Part shown: positions 1 through 12,900 of the stretch, piece by piece | Layout of the letters: every line of letters starts with the position of its first letter | Position numbering within the stretch: the first letter of the stretch is position 1 | Virus record (IMG/VR): IMGVR_UViG_3300017967_005407 | Location: 12,598-76,597 of that record | DNA: 64,000 bases | From: a virus | Strand: one strand, 5' to 3' | The notes under the pieces: generated by a model | What the model was told of the DNA's origin: nothing | Database searches by the model: none | Seen by the model: the letters and a program-made list of their open reading frames with translations, nothing else | Made by a program: the position numbers and the translations under genes

Positions 1-1
1 T

Positions 2-928
2 GTTGCTATAGATAATAATAGTTACGTTTATGAAAAGAAAATGTCTACCGGAGATACCGAAGCGTTTTATGCGATAGATAATGCTGTCGAAGGTATTATT
101 GATACGTTTGAACTAGAACAAAACATCGGTGCTTTAAGTCAATATGATGAAGGTACAGTATTCTATTTTAGATCCACTGATATTTTTAAAAGGTTAGAAA
201 GTAATAGACTAATTATTGATGATAGATATAGAGCGTATATCGGAAGAGATAATATTAAGTTTAGATATTATCATGCTGCTAATGAGAATCGCAGATTAGA
301 TCCAAGTGTATCAAATATGATTGATACATATCTTTTAACTAGATCTTATGATACAGAATATAGGAAATGGATAGGCAATGAAATCAGTGATAAACCGTTG
401 CCTCCAAGCAGTGATGAATTGTTTATCCAATATGGACAAGAAATTAATCAACGCAAAAGTATCAGTGACGAAGTAATATATCATCCTGTAAAATACAAAG
501 CATTATTTGGTAGTAAAGCACCGGTTGATTTACAAGCAAAAATTAAAATTGTAAAAAACAATGAACAAGTATTAAATGACAATGATATTAAGGCACGTGT
601 AGTTTCTGCTATTAATACATTTTTTAGTTTAGAAAATTGGGACTTTGGAGAAACTTTTTATTTTAGTGAATTATCTACTTACATAGTTTCAACATTATCT
701 CCTGATATTGCAAGTATAGTTTTAGTTCCAGTACAAGAAAATCAAAGTTTTGGAAGTTTATATGAAATCAAAGCAGAAAGTGATGAAATATTTGTAAGTG
801 CAGCAACAGTTAATGACATTGAAATTATTGATGCAATTACAGCAACACGCTTAAAAGCCACAGGCACAATTGTTACCGCAACTAACACACAAAACGTTAA
901 TATTCAAAGCAGTACATTAAGTGAATAA
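2..928 (+). CDS. Baseplate wedge protein (T4 gp6/baseplate J-like C-terminus), 5'-truncated by the window edge
   Basis: Frame is open from position 2 (VAIDNNSYVYEKKM...). The C-terminal 'IKARVVSAINTFFSLENWDFGETFYFSELSTYI' resembles gp6-like wedge proteins. Lies directly upstream of the giant structural gene. Confidence 0.65.
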   Translation, partial: VAIDNNSYVYEKKMSTGDTEAFYAIDNAVEGIIDTFELEQNIGALSQYDEGTVFYFRSTDIFKRLESNRLIIDDRYRAYIGRDNIKFRYYHAANENRRLDPSVSNMIDTYLLTRSYDTEYRKWIGNEISDKPLPPSSDELFIQYGQEINQRKSISDEVIYHPVKYKALFGSKAPVDLQAKIKIVKNNEQVLNDNDIKARVVSAINTFFSLENWDFGETFYFSELSTYIVSTLSPDIASIVLVPVQENQSFGSLYEIKAESDEIFVSAATVNDIEIIDAITATRLKATGTIVTATNTQNVNIQSSTLSE

Positions 929-945
929 TAGAGGAATATCAAAGT

Positions 946-3900
946 ATGGCATATAACGACCAGCAACAAGAATTTCCAGTTGGTGATAACAGGAAGAAGA
1001 GTAGCAAATTTTTACCTCGTTATTTTAGAACAAGTACCAATGAAAAACTTACAGGTTCTACTATAGACCAACTTTTTTCAACAGGCGCAGTTGAAAAAAT
1101 AAATGCATTTGTAGGTAGAAAAAACGCCAAAGCTAATATTAACAACAGCACTTATCTTACAGAAATAAACTCATTAAGACAAAATTATCAGTTAGATCCT
1201 AGTATCAATATCAAAGATGATTTGGATAATGTTGTATTTCATAAAGATTACATTGACTATATTGGTCAATTAAACAGTTTTTACAGTAATACAAAAAATC
1301 AAAGCAAATTAAATGAACAAGAAATATATTCTTGGAATCCAAATATTAACTTTGATATGTTTACAAATTTCCGTGAATACTATTGGTTACCAAATGGGCC
1401 TCAAACAGTTACAGTTACAGGTAATCAAAGAAACGTAGTAAGCACTTACAAAGTAAGTGTTGTAGATGACGGTGATAATTTTGCATATGTTTTTACTCCT
1501 GATAAACTTACTAGAAATCCACTACTTACATTATACAAAGGACAAACATACAGATTTGAAATTAATACTCCGGGACATCCTTTTGCATTTGCAATAAGTA
1601 GAGAATTTTTACCTGGTTTAACATATGAAGACAGTGTTAGAAATGAAAGCACACTTTATACAACTGGAATTACAACTACAAATGCAGATGTTGATGGATA
1701 TGTAGAAAATGGTATTATAGAATTCACAATTGCAGATAACACACCAGATAGTTTATTTTATATTAGCAAAGAAGATATTAATACAAGTGGACTTCTTAAT
1801 ATAGCAAGTATTGAAGAAAACACAGTATTAGATGTTGATAAAGAAATAGTAGGAAAAACAACATATACTACAGGGCAAGGCTGGAGTTTGAGCAACGGTA
1901 TGAAAATTACTTTTGCAGGAAATATTACACCAGAAAAGTATTCTTCGGGTGAGTTTTATGTTGAAGGTGTTGGAAAAGAAATAGTACTTATACCACTGGA
2001 AGATTTAACAACTGTAGATTTATTATCAGATGACGAGAATGTTCCATTTGATGTATATGGATTTGATAGATTGCCGTGGAGTACTACAGTAGGATATCCT
2101 GCGGTAAAAGATTACATTATTAGTAATAGATCAAGTAAAGATAAAAATCCTTGGGCACGTTATAACAGATGGTTCCACATTAGTGTCATCAATGAAAGTG
2201 CAAATATTAACAAACAGGATTATATTTTACCTGAAAATAGTAGAGCAAAACGTCCTATCATTGAATTTGCTCCTGGTATTAAAATGTGGCATAATGGAAC
2301 AGTATGCAAAACACCTATTGATTTAATTGATGATTGGACAAAAGACGTATTTTCTATTATAGAGGGCAGAGAAGGTTATAATATTGATAATGTCGATGTT
2401 GTGGATGGAATGCGTATCTTGTTTACAGCTGACACAGATCCTCAAGTTAAAAATAAAATTTACAAAGTAGAATTTATAAAGTTTCAAAACAAAACACAAA
2501 TTTCTTTAGTAGAAGAGCCAGATGCTTTACCAAATGAAGATGAAATAGTTTTAGTTACTAGCGGAAAAATAAATTCTGGAAAACAGTATTTTTATACAAA
2601 TGGATCGTGGAAAAAAGCACAAGAAAAAATCAGTGTAAATCAAACTCCGTTGTTTGATATGTTTGATGAAAATGGAATTTCTTATGGTGATGAATTCTAT
2701 ACAAGCAATGACTTTGTAGGAAACACAATCTTTTCATATAAGCAAGGGTCGGGATCAAACGATAGTGAATTAGGATTTCCAATAAGTTATAAAAATATTG
2801 ATAATGTTGGTGATATAGTTTTTGAATTTAATTTGTTAAAACAAGTTAACACTTATATTGTAGATGATGAAACAGTAAACTTACCGTCAAACAAAGGTTT
2901 CCTAAAAATCACAGACAGTTATAATGCTGAAGAAAGTTTTACAAATGCTTGGAAAAAGCACTATAAGAAAAGTTCTCAAGCAGTAATATTGGATTATCAA
3001 GGCAATGAGCAAACAAACAATTACGAAATCAACTGTTTTGAAAAAAGCGAAAGATTAAATGATTTACAATTAAAAGTATTTACAAATCGTAAATTTTTGA
3101 AACTAGGCACAGATTATACCCTAACTGCAAATGCTAGAGAAAATGTTGTTATTAATTTAGTAGAAGATATTGCTGAAAATGACAGACTTATAATCAAGTG
3201 TTATAGTGAATCTGAAAAAAATTCTAATGGTTATTATGAGACTGCATATAACCTTGAAAGAAATCCTAATAATTTGGATGTTACTGAATTTACTATTGGC
3301 GAAGTAAATGATCATGTTCAAACAATTGTTGAGAATATTGACAACTTTAACGGAATACATCCAGGTGTAGGAAATTTACGAGATTTAGGACCTATAGAAA
3401 TTTATGGTGATAGATTTGTTACACATTCAGGACCAATTGGATTACCGTTATATCATTTAACATCAAAAGAACACAATGTTGTAAACAGTATAAAACTGGC
3501 ATTAAGAGAATATAGTAAATTCAAAAGAGAGTTTTTAAGAATTGCCACATATGATGGATATAATAATACAATTGTAAAACATGTTGATTATTTGTTAGGT
3601 CAGTTTGCAAGTAGCAAAACTCGTAGTGATGCGTTTTATGATAGTGATACTGTGCCATTTGGCGGAAAAAATATAATCGAATATACAGTTTTAGATGCAG
3701 GAAATCCTTATTATCCATTAACTACAGCGTTCGATATAACATCACTTAGCTCTAAAGCAGTTTTGATTTACAAAAACGGTGTACAATTATTATATGGTAT
3801 TGATTATGAATTTACTACCGAAGGATTTGTATATATTTTTACAGTTCAAAATGATGATAAAATTGAAATACACGAATATGAAACAACCGATGGTTGTTTT

Positions 3901-6900
3901 GTTCCGCCTACTCCTAGTAAGTTAGGACTATATCCATTATACGAACCAAAAATTTATGTTGATACTTCTTATAGTACTCCTACCAAAGTAGTTAGAGGAC
4001 ACGATGGAAGTAGAACTGTTGCATTTGATGATTTTAGAGATGAATTGCTTTTAGAATTAGAGAAAAGAATCTTTAATAATGTTAAAAATAGATATGACGC
4101 AGAAATTTTTAATATCTATGATTTTGTACCAGGACGTTACAGAAACACTGGATTAAGTCAAAAAGATATAGATTTTATTCTTATCGCAGATTTTATAAAT
4201 TGGACTAATGTTTCTCAGGTTTACGATTATCAAGAAAACAAATACAGTGATATAAATGATTCTTTTTCATACAATTATAAAGTTTCAAGCGACATTGATG
4301 GAAATAGATTAGAAGGCTTTTGGAGAGCTGTATATAAAAATGCGTATGATACAGATACTCCTAATTTAACACCTTGGGAAATGTTAGGTTTTACTGTACA
4401 GCCAACTTGGTGGGAAAGTGTTTACGGTCCTGCGCCTTATACATTAGATAACATTCCATTATGGAAAGACTTAGAAGCAGGTATAATTAGAGAACCAAAT
4501 AAACTAATTAGAAAAAATGTAAAATTTGCTCGTCCTAATCTTACAAAACAAATACCAGTTAACGAAAATGGGCAGTTGAGAAGTCCTTTTGAAACTGGAT
4601 TTGCAAAAGATTTTAGTTTTGCAAATCAAATTGGATACAGTCTTGAATTTGGTGATCAAGGACCTGCTGAAACAGCATGGCGTAGAAGTAGCGAATATCC
4701 ATTTAGTTTAATTACAGCACTATTGTTACTTAGACCTGCACAAATTTTTGGTTTAACTTATGATAATAGTAAAATTAAGAAAAACTTAGCAGGAAATATA
4801 GTTTACAATGATGCCGGAATAAGAACTTCTAAAATTGATTTCGATAATCTTACTAGTGGATTAATAAATTATATCAAAGGATTAATCAATTTTAAAAGCA
4901 TGTCTTTTGAAAAATATAAAGATGATGTTAAAAATATAAGTTTTAATTTAAGTTTTAGACTTGCTGGCTTTAGTGATAAAGAAAAAGTAAATCTTGTGTT
5001 AGACAGTAAAACTCCTAACAGCAGCGGCGACATATTTACGCCTCAAGAAAATTACAATTTATTTTTAAAAACTAGCAGTCCATATGATGTAGCTACTTAT
5101 AGTGGTGTTGTAATAGAAAAAGTTGCAACTGGATATAATATAAGAGGTTACGATAGATATAATCCGCAATTTACATATTATGATGTTATACCATCAAATA
5201 ATGATCCGTTTTTCACAGTAGGAGGTATAAGCGAAACATTTAGTAATTGGACAAGTGAAAAATTATATGTTGCAGGTGGAATTGTTAGATTTAGTGACGT
5301 TTACTACAGAGTTAACGAAACACACACAAGTGGAAATGATTTTGATAATACAAAATTTAGCAAGTTAGCAGAATTGCCAACTGTTGGTGGTAGAACAGCA
5401 AGATTTAGTAAAAGATTTTCAACTCAAAAATCTACTCTCCAATATGGTACAGTTTTAAAAACTTATCAGCAAGTTGTAGATTTTCTTTTAGGATATGATA
5501 GATACTTACAAGAAATTGGATTTGAATTTGACTACAATAATTCAAATTACGGAATTGTTGAAAACTTTAGACTAAGTGCAAAAGAATTCTTGTTTTGGAC
5601 TACACAAAACTGGGGCGAAAATAGTGTAATAAGTTTATCACCTAGTGCAAACCAAATAAAATTTAAAAGAAATTTCTACTTACCCGACAGCTTGTATGAT
5701 GGTATTTTTGACTATGAAATACTAGATCAAGACGGTAAATTGCTTTCTAATGAATTTGTTAATTTGGTTAGAGATACAGACAATACTTTTAGTTTAGCAA
5801 GTAACGATGAAAATATAGGTGTTTACTTTGTAAGACTATTCTTAGTTCAAAAAGAACATTGTATTGTTATAGATAATAACACTGTTTTTGCTGATACTAT
5901 CTATAATGAAACAAGTGGATATAGACAAGAGAGAATCAAAGTAGTTGGTTATAAAACAGCAGATTGGAGTGGTACATTAAATATTCCAGGATTTGTGTTT
6001 GACGAACCTAAAGCAACAAAATGGAAAAGTTATGCTGATTACATAATTGGTGATGTAGTACAATATAAAGACAAATATTATACAGCTATATTAAGTCATA
6101 CGAGTGCAGAATTCTTTAATGCTACAAATTGGACTATCTTAAGTGAAAAGCCAACTAATCAGCTAATACCAAACTTTGATTACCGTGCAAGTCAATTTGC
6201 TGATTTTTATGACCTAGATACAGATAATTTTGATACAGAACAACAAAGGTTAGCACAACATCTAATTGGATATCAAAAAAGAGAATACCTAAAAAATATA
6301 ATCAACGATGATATTAGTCAATACAAATTCTATCAAGGAATGATACAAGACAAAGGCACTAAAAATGTTTTAACAAAATTGTTTGACAAATTAAGTGCTG
6401 CTGATAAAGATAGCATTGAGTTTTTTGAAGAATGGGCTATTAGAGCAGGACAATATGGTGCTACAGATAGTTTTGATGAGTTTGAAATTACTATAGATGA
6501 ATCTAAATATAAGTTATCACCTCAACCCTTTGAATTAGTTAAATCTGTTGATAGAACAAGAACTGATTTTATCTATCAAGTTCCTACAACTGATATAGAA
6601 ATTAAACCTTTAAATTATAATGAAACTATTTTTGAATACAAAGATTATGAAGAAATTACTAAAACAGCTGGATATGTAGCACCGGCACAAATAGACTTTA
6701 TCACATCTGGTATAGATCAACTTCTTGGTTTTGATATAAATTTAGTTACACAAGGACAGTATGTTTGGGTAACTGAAGATGGACTAGATTGGAGTGTTTA
6801 CGAATTTGTTAAAAAAGATTATCAAGTTGAACGTATTGTAAAAACTCTTACAGGTTTTAAAGTTTTCTTTGATAAACAACACGATTTATCACCTAACGAT

Positions 6901-9900
6901 GTTATAGGCTTGACAAATATTACTGATGAACTTGACGGATTTAGACAAGTAATATATACTGGATATAAAGAAGTAGAATTTTACACAGAATCAGACATTG
7001 CTGAAGATGAAATTAATTTAGAAGATAGTAGCAAAGGTATTGTACTTAAAGTTGCATCGAGAAGATTTAATGATATTGATTCTTGTAATACAAATTTAAC
7101 AGTTACAGACGTATCTGATGGTAAAAAAGTATGGATTGACAATATTGGAAATAACAAATGGTCAGTATTAGAAAATAAATCTGTATTTGATGTTGAAGAT
7201 ATTATTGTAAATCCGCAAACAGGATTAAAAACTAACTTTGCAGATGCTATTGCTGTAGATCAAACAAACACCAGACTTGCTATAGGTGATCCTAATAGCA
7301 ATGGCAGAGTTATAGTTTATAGTCGTATTGGTGAAAACGGAGACTTTACATCTACTGAAAATTATCAAGCAGATACAGCAATAGTAGGAAACAACAGCAG
7401 ATTTGGTGCAAGTTTAGCTATGTCACCAAATGGAGACTACTTGTTTGTTGCAGCGCCAAATGCTGCAAACTTAAACACTAGATTCAAAGGTAATATTTTA
7501 TCAGGCACCAGTTATAGTGCAGGTGATATTGTTAATGACCGAGGTACACTCTGGAGAGCTAAAGTAGATATTGATGGTAGTGATACAAGTACAATTAATA
7601 AACTTAGCCAAGATTGGGAAGTTGCGCCGTTAATCGAAGTTGATAATGATGGCAGTTCAACAGCATCAGTAAGTGGTGCAGTTTCAATTTATAAAAAAGC
7701 CGAAGTAGGAACAACATATGAATTACAAACCACAATTGTAAGCCCAGACCCTACAGCCGCAGAGCAATTTGGCAGAATTGTAAAGTGTAGAAAAGACTTA
7801 GACGGTATTTTACGTTTGTATATTGCTAGTAATGTAGCTGAAGGTAGAATATATTTCTTTGATAACGATACCGAAGATGGAAGTTTTAAATTCAGCAAAG
7901 ATAACAATTATAGAGGTAGTTTTTCTGTTGCAGAAAATTATGTCGAAGGTGAAATAGTCTGGTATAATACTACTGGTGGTGCCGACGGAGATAGTAACTT
8001 ATATCGTGCTACTAAAGATTTACCGGCTCAAACATTTAATTCAGCATTTTGGGAAGTATTAGATGTTTATGTAGATTATAAAGGATATATTCCACCACAA
8101 ATTAACTTGTTAAAAGAAGAAAGCGATAATCTTGGTGTTGCAGATGGATTTGACATTGCTACTGACTTTGATGTAAGTTTAGATGGCGAAGTAATTATAG
8201 TTAACGGCGAAGATGTTCTTAATACAAATAAAGTTAGCATATACAGAAGAGTTGATAACAGATACGCTTATTACGAAACTATTGAAACAAATGATATAGG
8301 CGAAGACTTTGGAAGAAATATTGCGGTCAGTGCAAACGGAAAAGCAATAGCAATATCGGCGATAAGAAATGATGACTTAGGAACCGATTATGGTGCTGTA
8401 TATGTTTACAGATACAATGGAAACGAATATGCACTCACACAAACTCTTTATCCGCCAACTGGCAATGATGGAGAATTGTTTGGTATTGATTTAAACTTCA
8501 GCGATGAAAACTTAATCATTGCTAGTGCAAATGGATTTAGATCTAATCCAACATTGTTTGATCAAACGTTAATCCGTGTTGAAGATACAACATTTGACAA
8601 TAACACAACCAAGTTCTTTAATAAATTTGAAAATGGCGGAACTATATACATTTTCCAAAATTTCAATAACAACTATTTGTATGCTGAAGAATTGGATTGG
8701 AACTACAACACAAAAGGCAGTTCGACTCCAATCTTATTAAGTAATTTTAATCACATTTATATAGGGTATCCTAGATTAGAATACACAGCAGATTACGGTG
8801 TTGTTGTTAATTTAAAAAGAGATAAAACAAAATATACTTGGAACAAATTATCGGAACAAATTGACACACCAGATATTAATAAAATTAAACGTGCATTCTT
8901 GTTTGATAAAACCAACAATGATATAATTACATTCCTTGATGTTGTGGATCCGATCCAAGGAAAAATAGCAGGTCCAGCAGAAGAAGCTATTGATTTAAAA
9001 CTTGCATTTGATCCTGCAAGTTATTCTGTAGATGTAACCAATAACAACAACCAAGATTTTTGGGCTAGTGAATTTGTAGGTACATATTGGTGGAATACTG
9101 GATCTACTAAGTGGTATAATCCTTATCAAGGTAATGCAGAAAACCAAACAAGTTTTTGGAATAAATTAATTCCTAATAGTACTACAGAAGTTTACGAATG
9201 GGTAGAGTCAGATTACTTGCCAAGTGAATGGGACGAACTTGCAGATACAAACGACGGTATCATAGAAGGCATCAGCGGTATTAGTAAATATGGAGATTTT
9301 AAATACAGTGTTGGTCGTAAATTTAATAGTGTAACAGAAACATTTGAAACAAAGTATTATTTCTGGGTGCAAAACAATAAGCTTCGTACAAGCGAAAACA
9401 AAAAAATTAGTTCTTATGATGCACAACAATTAATAGTAGATCCTCAAGGATCAGGATATAGATTCATGAGTGCCTTAAGCACTGATAAATTTGCATTGCA
9501 TAACGTAGGTTCTTTAATAAAGGATAAAGATGTTGCTTTACACATTGATGTTTACAAAGGTGAAATAAACGATAGAAATATTCACACTGAATATAAACTT
9601 TTAAGTGAAGGATTAGCAGGAAGTAATCCACCAGAAACATTTATTAATAAATGGATTGATAGCTTGGTAGGTTATGATGTTAATAACAGACCAGTACCTG
9701 ATCCTGATTTAGGCGAAACTAAAAAATACGGCATTGAAAATCGTCCAAGACAAGGTTTATTTAGGAACAATTTAGAAGCACTGAAACAAACTTTAGAAAG
9801 AACAAACTATATTTTAAGACAACAAATTATTACTGATTTTAAAGATATAGACGACTTGTTCAAAGAAGATCAAAAACCTAGATTGTTAGAAGGCTTATTT

Positions 9901-12900
9901 GATGTTGAAGTTGATACAGTTGATGATATAACAACAATAGGGGTAGCAAATACTAAACAAGCAACACTGACTCCTGTATTAGAAAATGGTAGACTTGTAA
10001 GTGTTATTGTAGATGACAGAGGGTATGGTTACAAATCTGCACCCCAAGTAACTGTTACAGGAACAGGCACAGATGCAGAAGTACAAGTAACTATCGATAA
10101 TGTTGGCAGAATTAGTTCTGTGAAAATTGTTAATCAGGGTAATAATTATTCTTCTATGAACTTGTCAGTCCGTCCATTTAGTTTATTAATAAATTCTGAT
10201 GCAGAACTTAATGGTAAATGGGCAATTTATGATTATGATTATAATGGCAACTTTGAAAGAGTAAAATATCAAAGGTGGACTGTTCCAAGTTACTGGAACT
10301 ACAGCGATTGGTATGAAACAGGATATGATGCAAATACAGCTATTGATTACTTAATAGATGGTAGCTATCAGTTAGACAGTATTAACGATACAATTGGCGA
10401 TGTTGTTAAAATCAAAGATGTTGGAACAGGTGGATGGTTGTTGTTACAAAAAATAGATGTCCAACCAGAAGTTGACTACACTGTAAACTACAAAACTATA
10501 GGACGTCAAAATGGTACTATACAGTTTAGTAGTAGATTGTATCAAAATACAAATTTTGGTTTTGATAAAATCGGATTTGATAATTTAGTGTACGATACTG
10601 AACCAGTTAATGAAAGACGTATTATATTAGAAACACTAAGAGATAAAATTCTAATAGATGATTTAGAATTAAAATTCAATGAAATACTGTTTACAGGTAT
10701 TAGATATGCATTGTATGAGCAACAAACAGTGGATTGGATATTTAAAACTAGCTTCTTAACAGCAAAACACAATGTAGGCGAATTAGATCAAAGAATCAAC
10801 TTTAAATCAGATAATCTTGATAGTTACAAAGATTTTATTAGTGAAGTTAAACCTTACAGTAGTAAAATTAGAGAATACATCAGCGCATATGATAAAGTAG
10901 AAAATTCTCAAACTATGATAAGTGATTTTGATTTACCTCCTAGATATGATCAGATTCAAAACAAAATTGTTACCGAAACAGTAAAATTCTACAATGAAAG
11001 AATTGTAGGAGATAGAGAATTTATTGATACATATCCTCAAAAGAATTGGCTTGAAAATTACAAGTTTAAAATTCAAGAACTTGTAATTTACAATCAAGGT
11101 TACGGTTTAAACAGTCAGCCAGTAATTACCATATCTGGAGGCAACGGACCTACACTAACAGGTAAAGGATTTAGAACCGGTGACAAACTTACATCAATTG
11201 ACATTGATTTTAGCGATGCGCTGTACACAAGTCAGCCTACTGTAACAGTAAATGGCAGTTTTGAAGATGATTATGAAATGCCAAGGATTATTGCAGTGAT
11301 AGGTGATAGTCCTGTAAGAAGCACACATATGATTATGAAATTTGATCGTGTGTCAGGAAATTTTGTATTCACTGATTTGAAAACTGTTGAAACTTTTACA
11401 GGCACAGGTGCAAAAAAAGTTTATACAACAAAATGGCCGTTAGATTTACGCAAGAGCAGAATTAATGTTACTGTCGATGGTAACAAAGTGTTATATACAG
11501 ACTTTACAACAAGTAACATTGATGATACTTTAAAAACCTATGATAGAACTATTGGACAAATTGAATTTGAAACTGCACCAGAAAATAATAGTGTAATTGA
11601 AATAACCTATTATAAAGATCCTGCAATGCTAGAAGCAGCTGATAGAATTAACTTTTTCTACAACCCAACAAGCGGTATGCCTGGTATAACTAAAAACGAA
11701 GATGGCACAAAAAATCTTGGTCAGTTAATGACTGGCGTAGACTATGAAGGTGTTAAAGTTGAAAGTGTTGATTTTGAAACAGATCAAGGATTTGACATCG
11801 GTGGCTTTGGAATAATTCCGTGGGATATTTTTAATGAAACTGAAGATGAAATATTCACACTTGATGGCAGCACACTTGTACTAACATTGAGCAAGCCTTT
11901 AGAAGATGGAGTTGCATACAACATTTACAAAAATAATGTTCGTATAGATGATCCTAATTTTGATGGTAGTAGTGCAATTACAAATAAAAATGCTTTAATG
12001 AATACTGTTTACGGCGATGGTGTACAAGACGAAATAGCAATTGACAACGAAGTACCAACAGCCGAAGGCGATGTTTTCATTGTACGTAAATCTACAAGTG
12101 ATGGTAGCTTTAATCCTGCAGACAACGTTTTAGATACCGAATTAACTGGCGGCGGATTTAACAATACTGCAAAAGGTTTAGATAGCGGTGAAATAGTTGT
12201 AGACGGCGACGGTTTTGTAACTCCAATAACCAGTGCAGGACCTGAAGAAGTTGTACCTGGACAAATTGTTGATACATTAGACATACAGGTAAAACATAAG
12301 CCTGCAGATGGACAAGGTATTAAAACCAGTTACATTTATAAAACAAGTAGTAGTATTTTGTCTTATGCTATAGACATGTTGCCACAAAGTCAACAAGCAA
12401 TAATAGTTAATTTAAATGGTAACAAAGTAGATGATGCTTCGTATACTGTAGATTATGAAAACAATCTTTTAACATTTGAAGATGATAGTACAATACAAGA
12501 TGATATGGATTTACATATTATTGTCATAGGAAACAATGGTACTGATATACTAGAAAGCGATACATTTATCGGCGATGGAGTTACAAATATTTTTGTAACT
12601 GGTATTAAATTTATAGATCCTTTAAGTAGTTTTGTTACTTTAAATGGTGAAGTACAGCAATTGGGTTTGAATTATGAAATTTTTGAAACTGATAGTACTT
12701 ACAAGCAAGAAAATTGTGCTGCAATTAGATTCAGTAGAACACCTGCCATCGGCGAAGTAATTGGTTTCAGTTTATACAACAATGACGCAAAATCATTCAG
12801 TGAAATTATGGTTGATAAAAGTTTTATTGGCGATGGTGTAAATTATGTATACAAATTTGATGCAGATAAATTACCGTTTACTGAAAAACCATTTACTCAC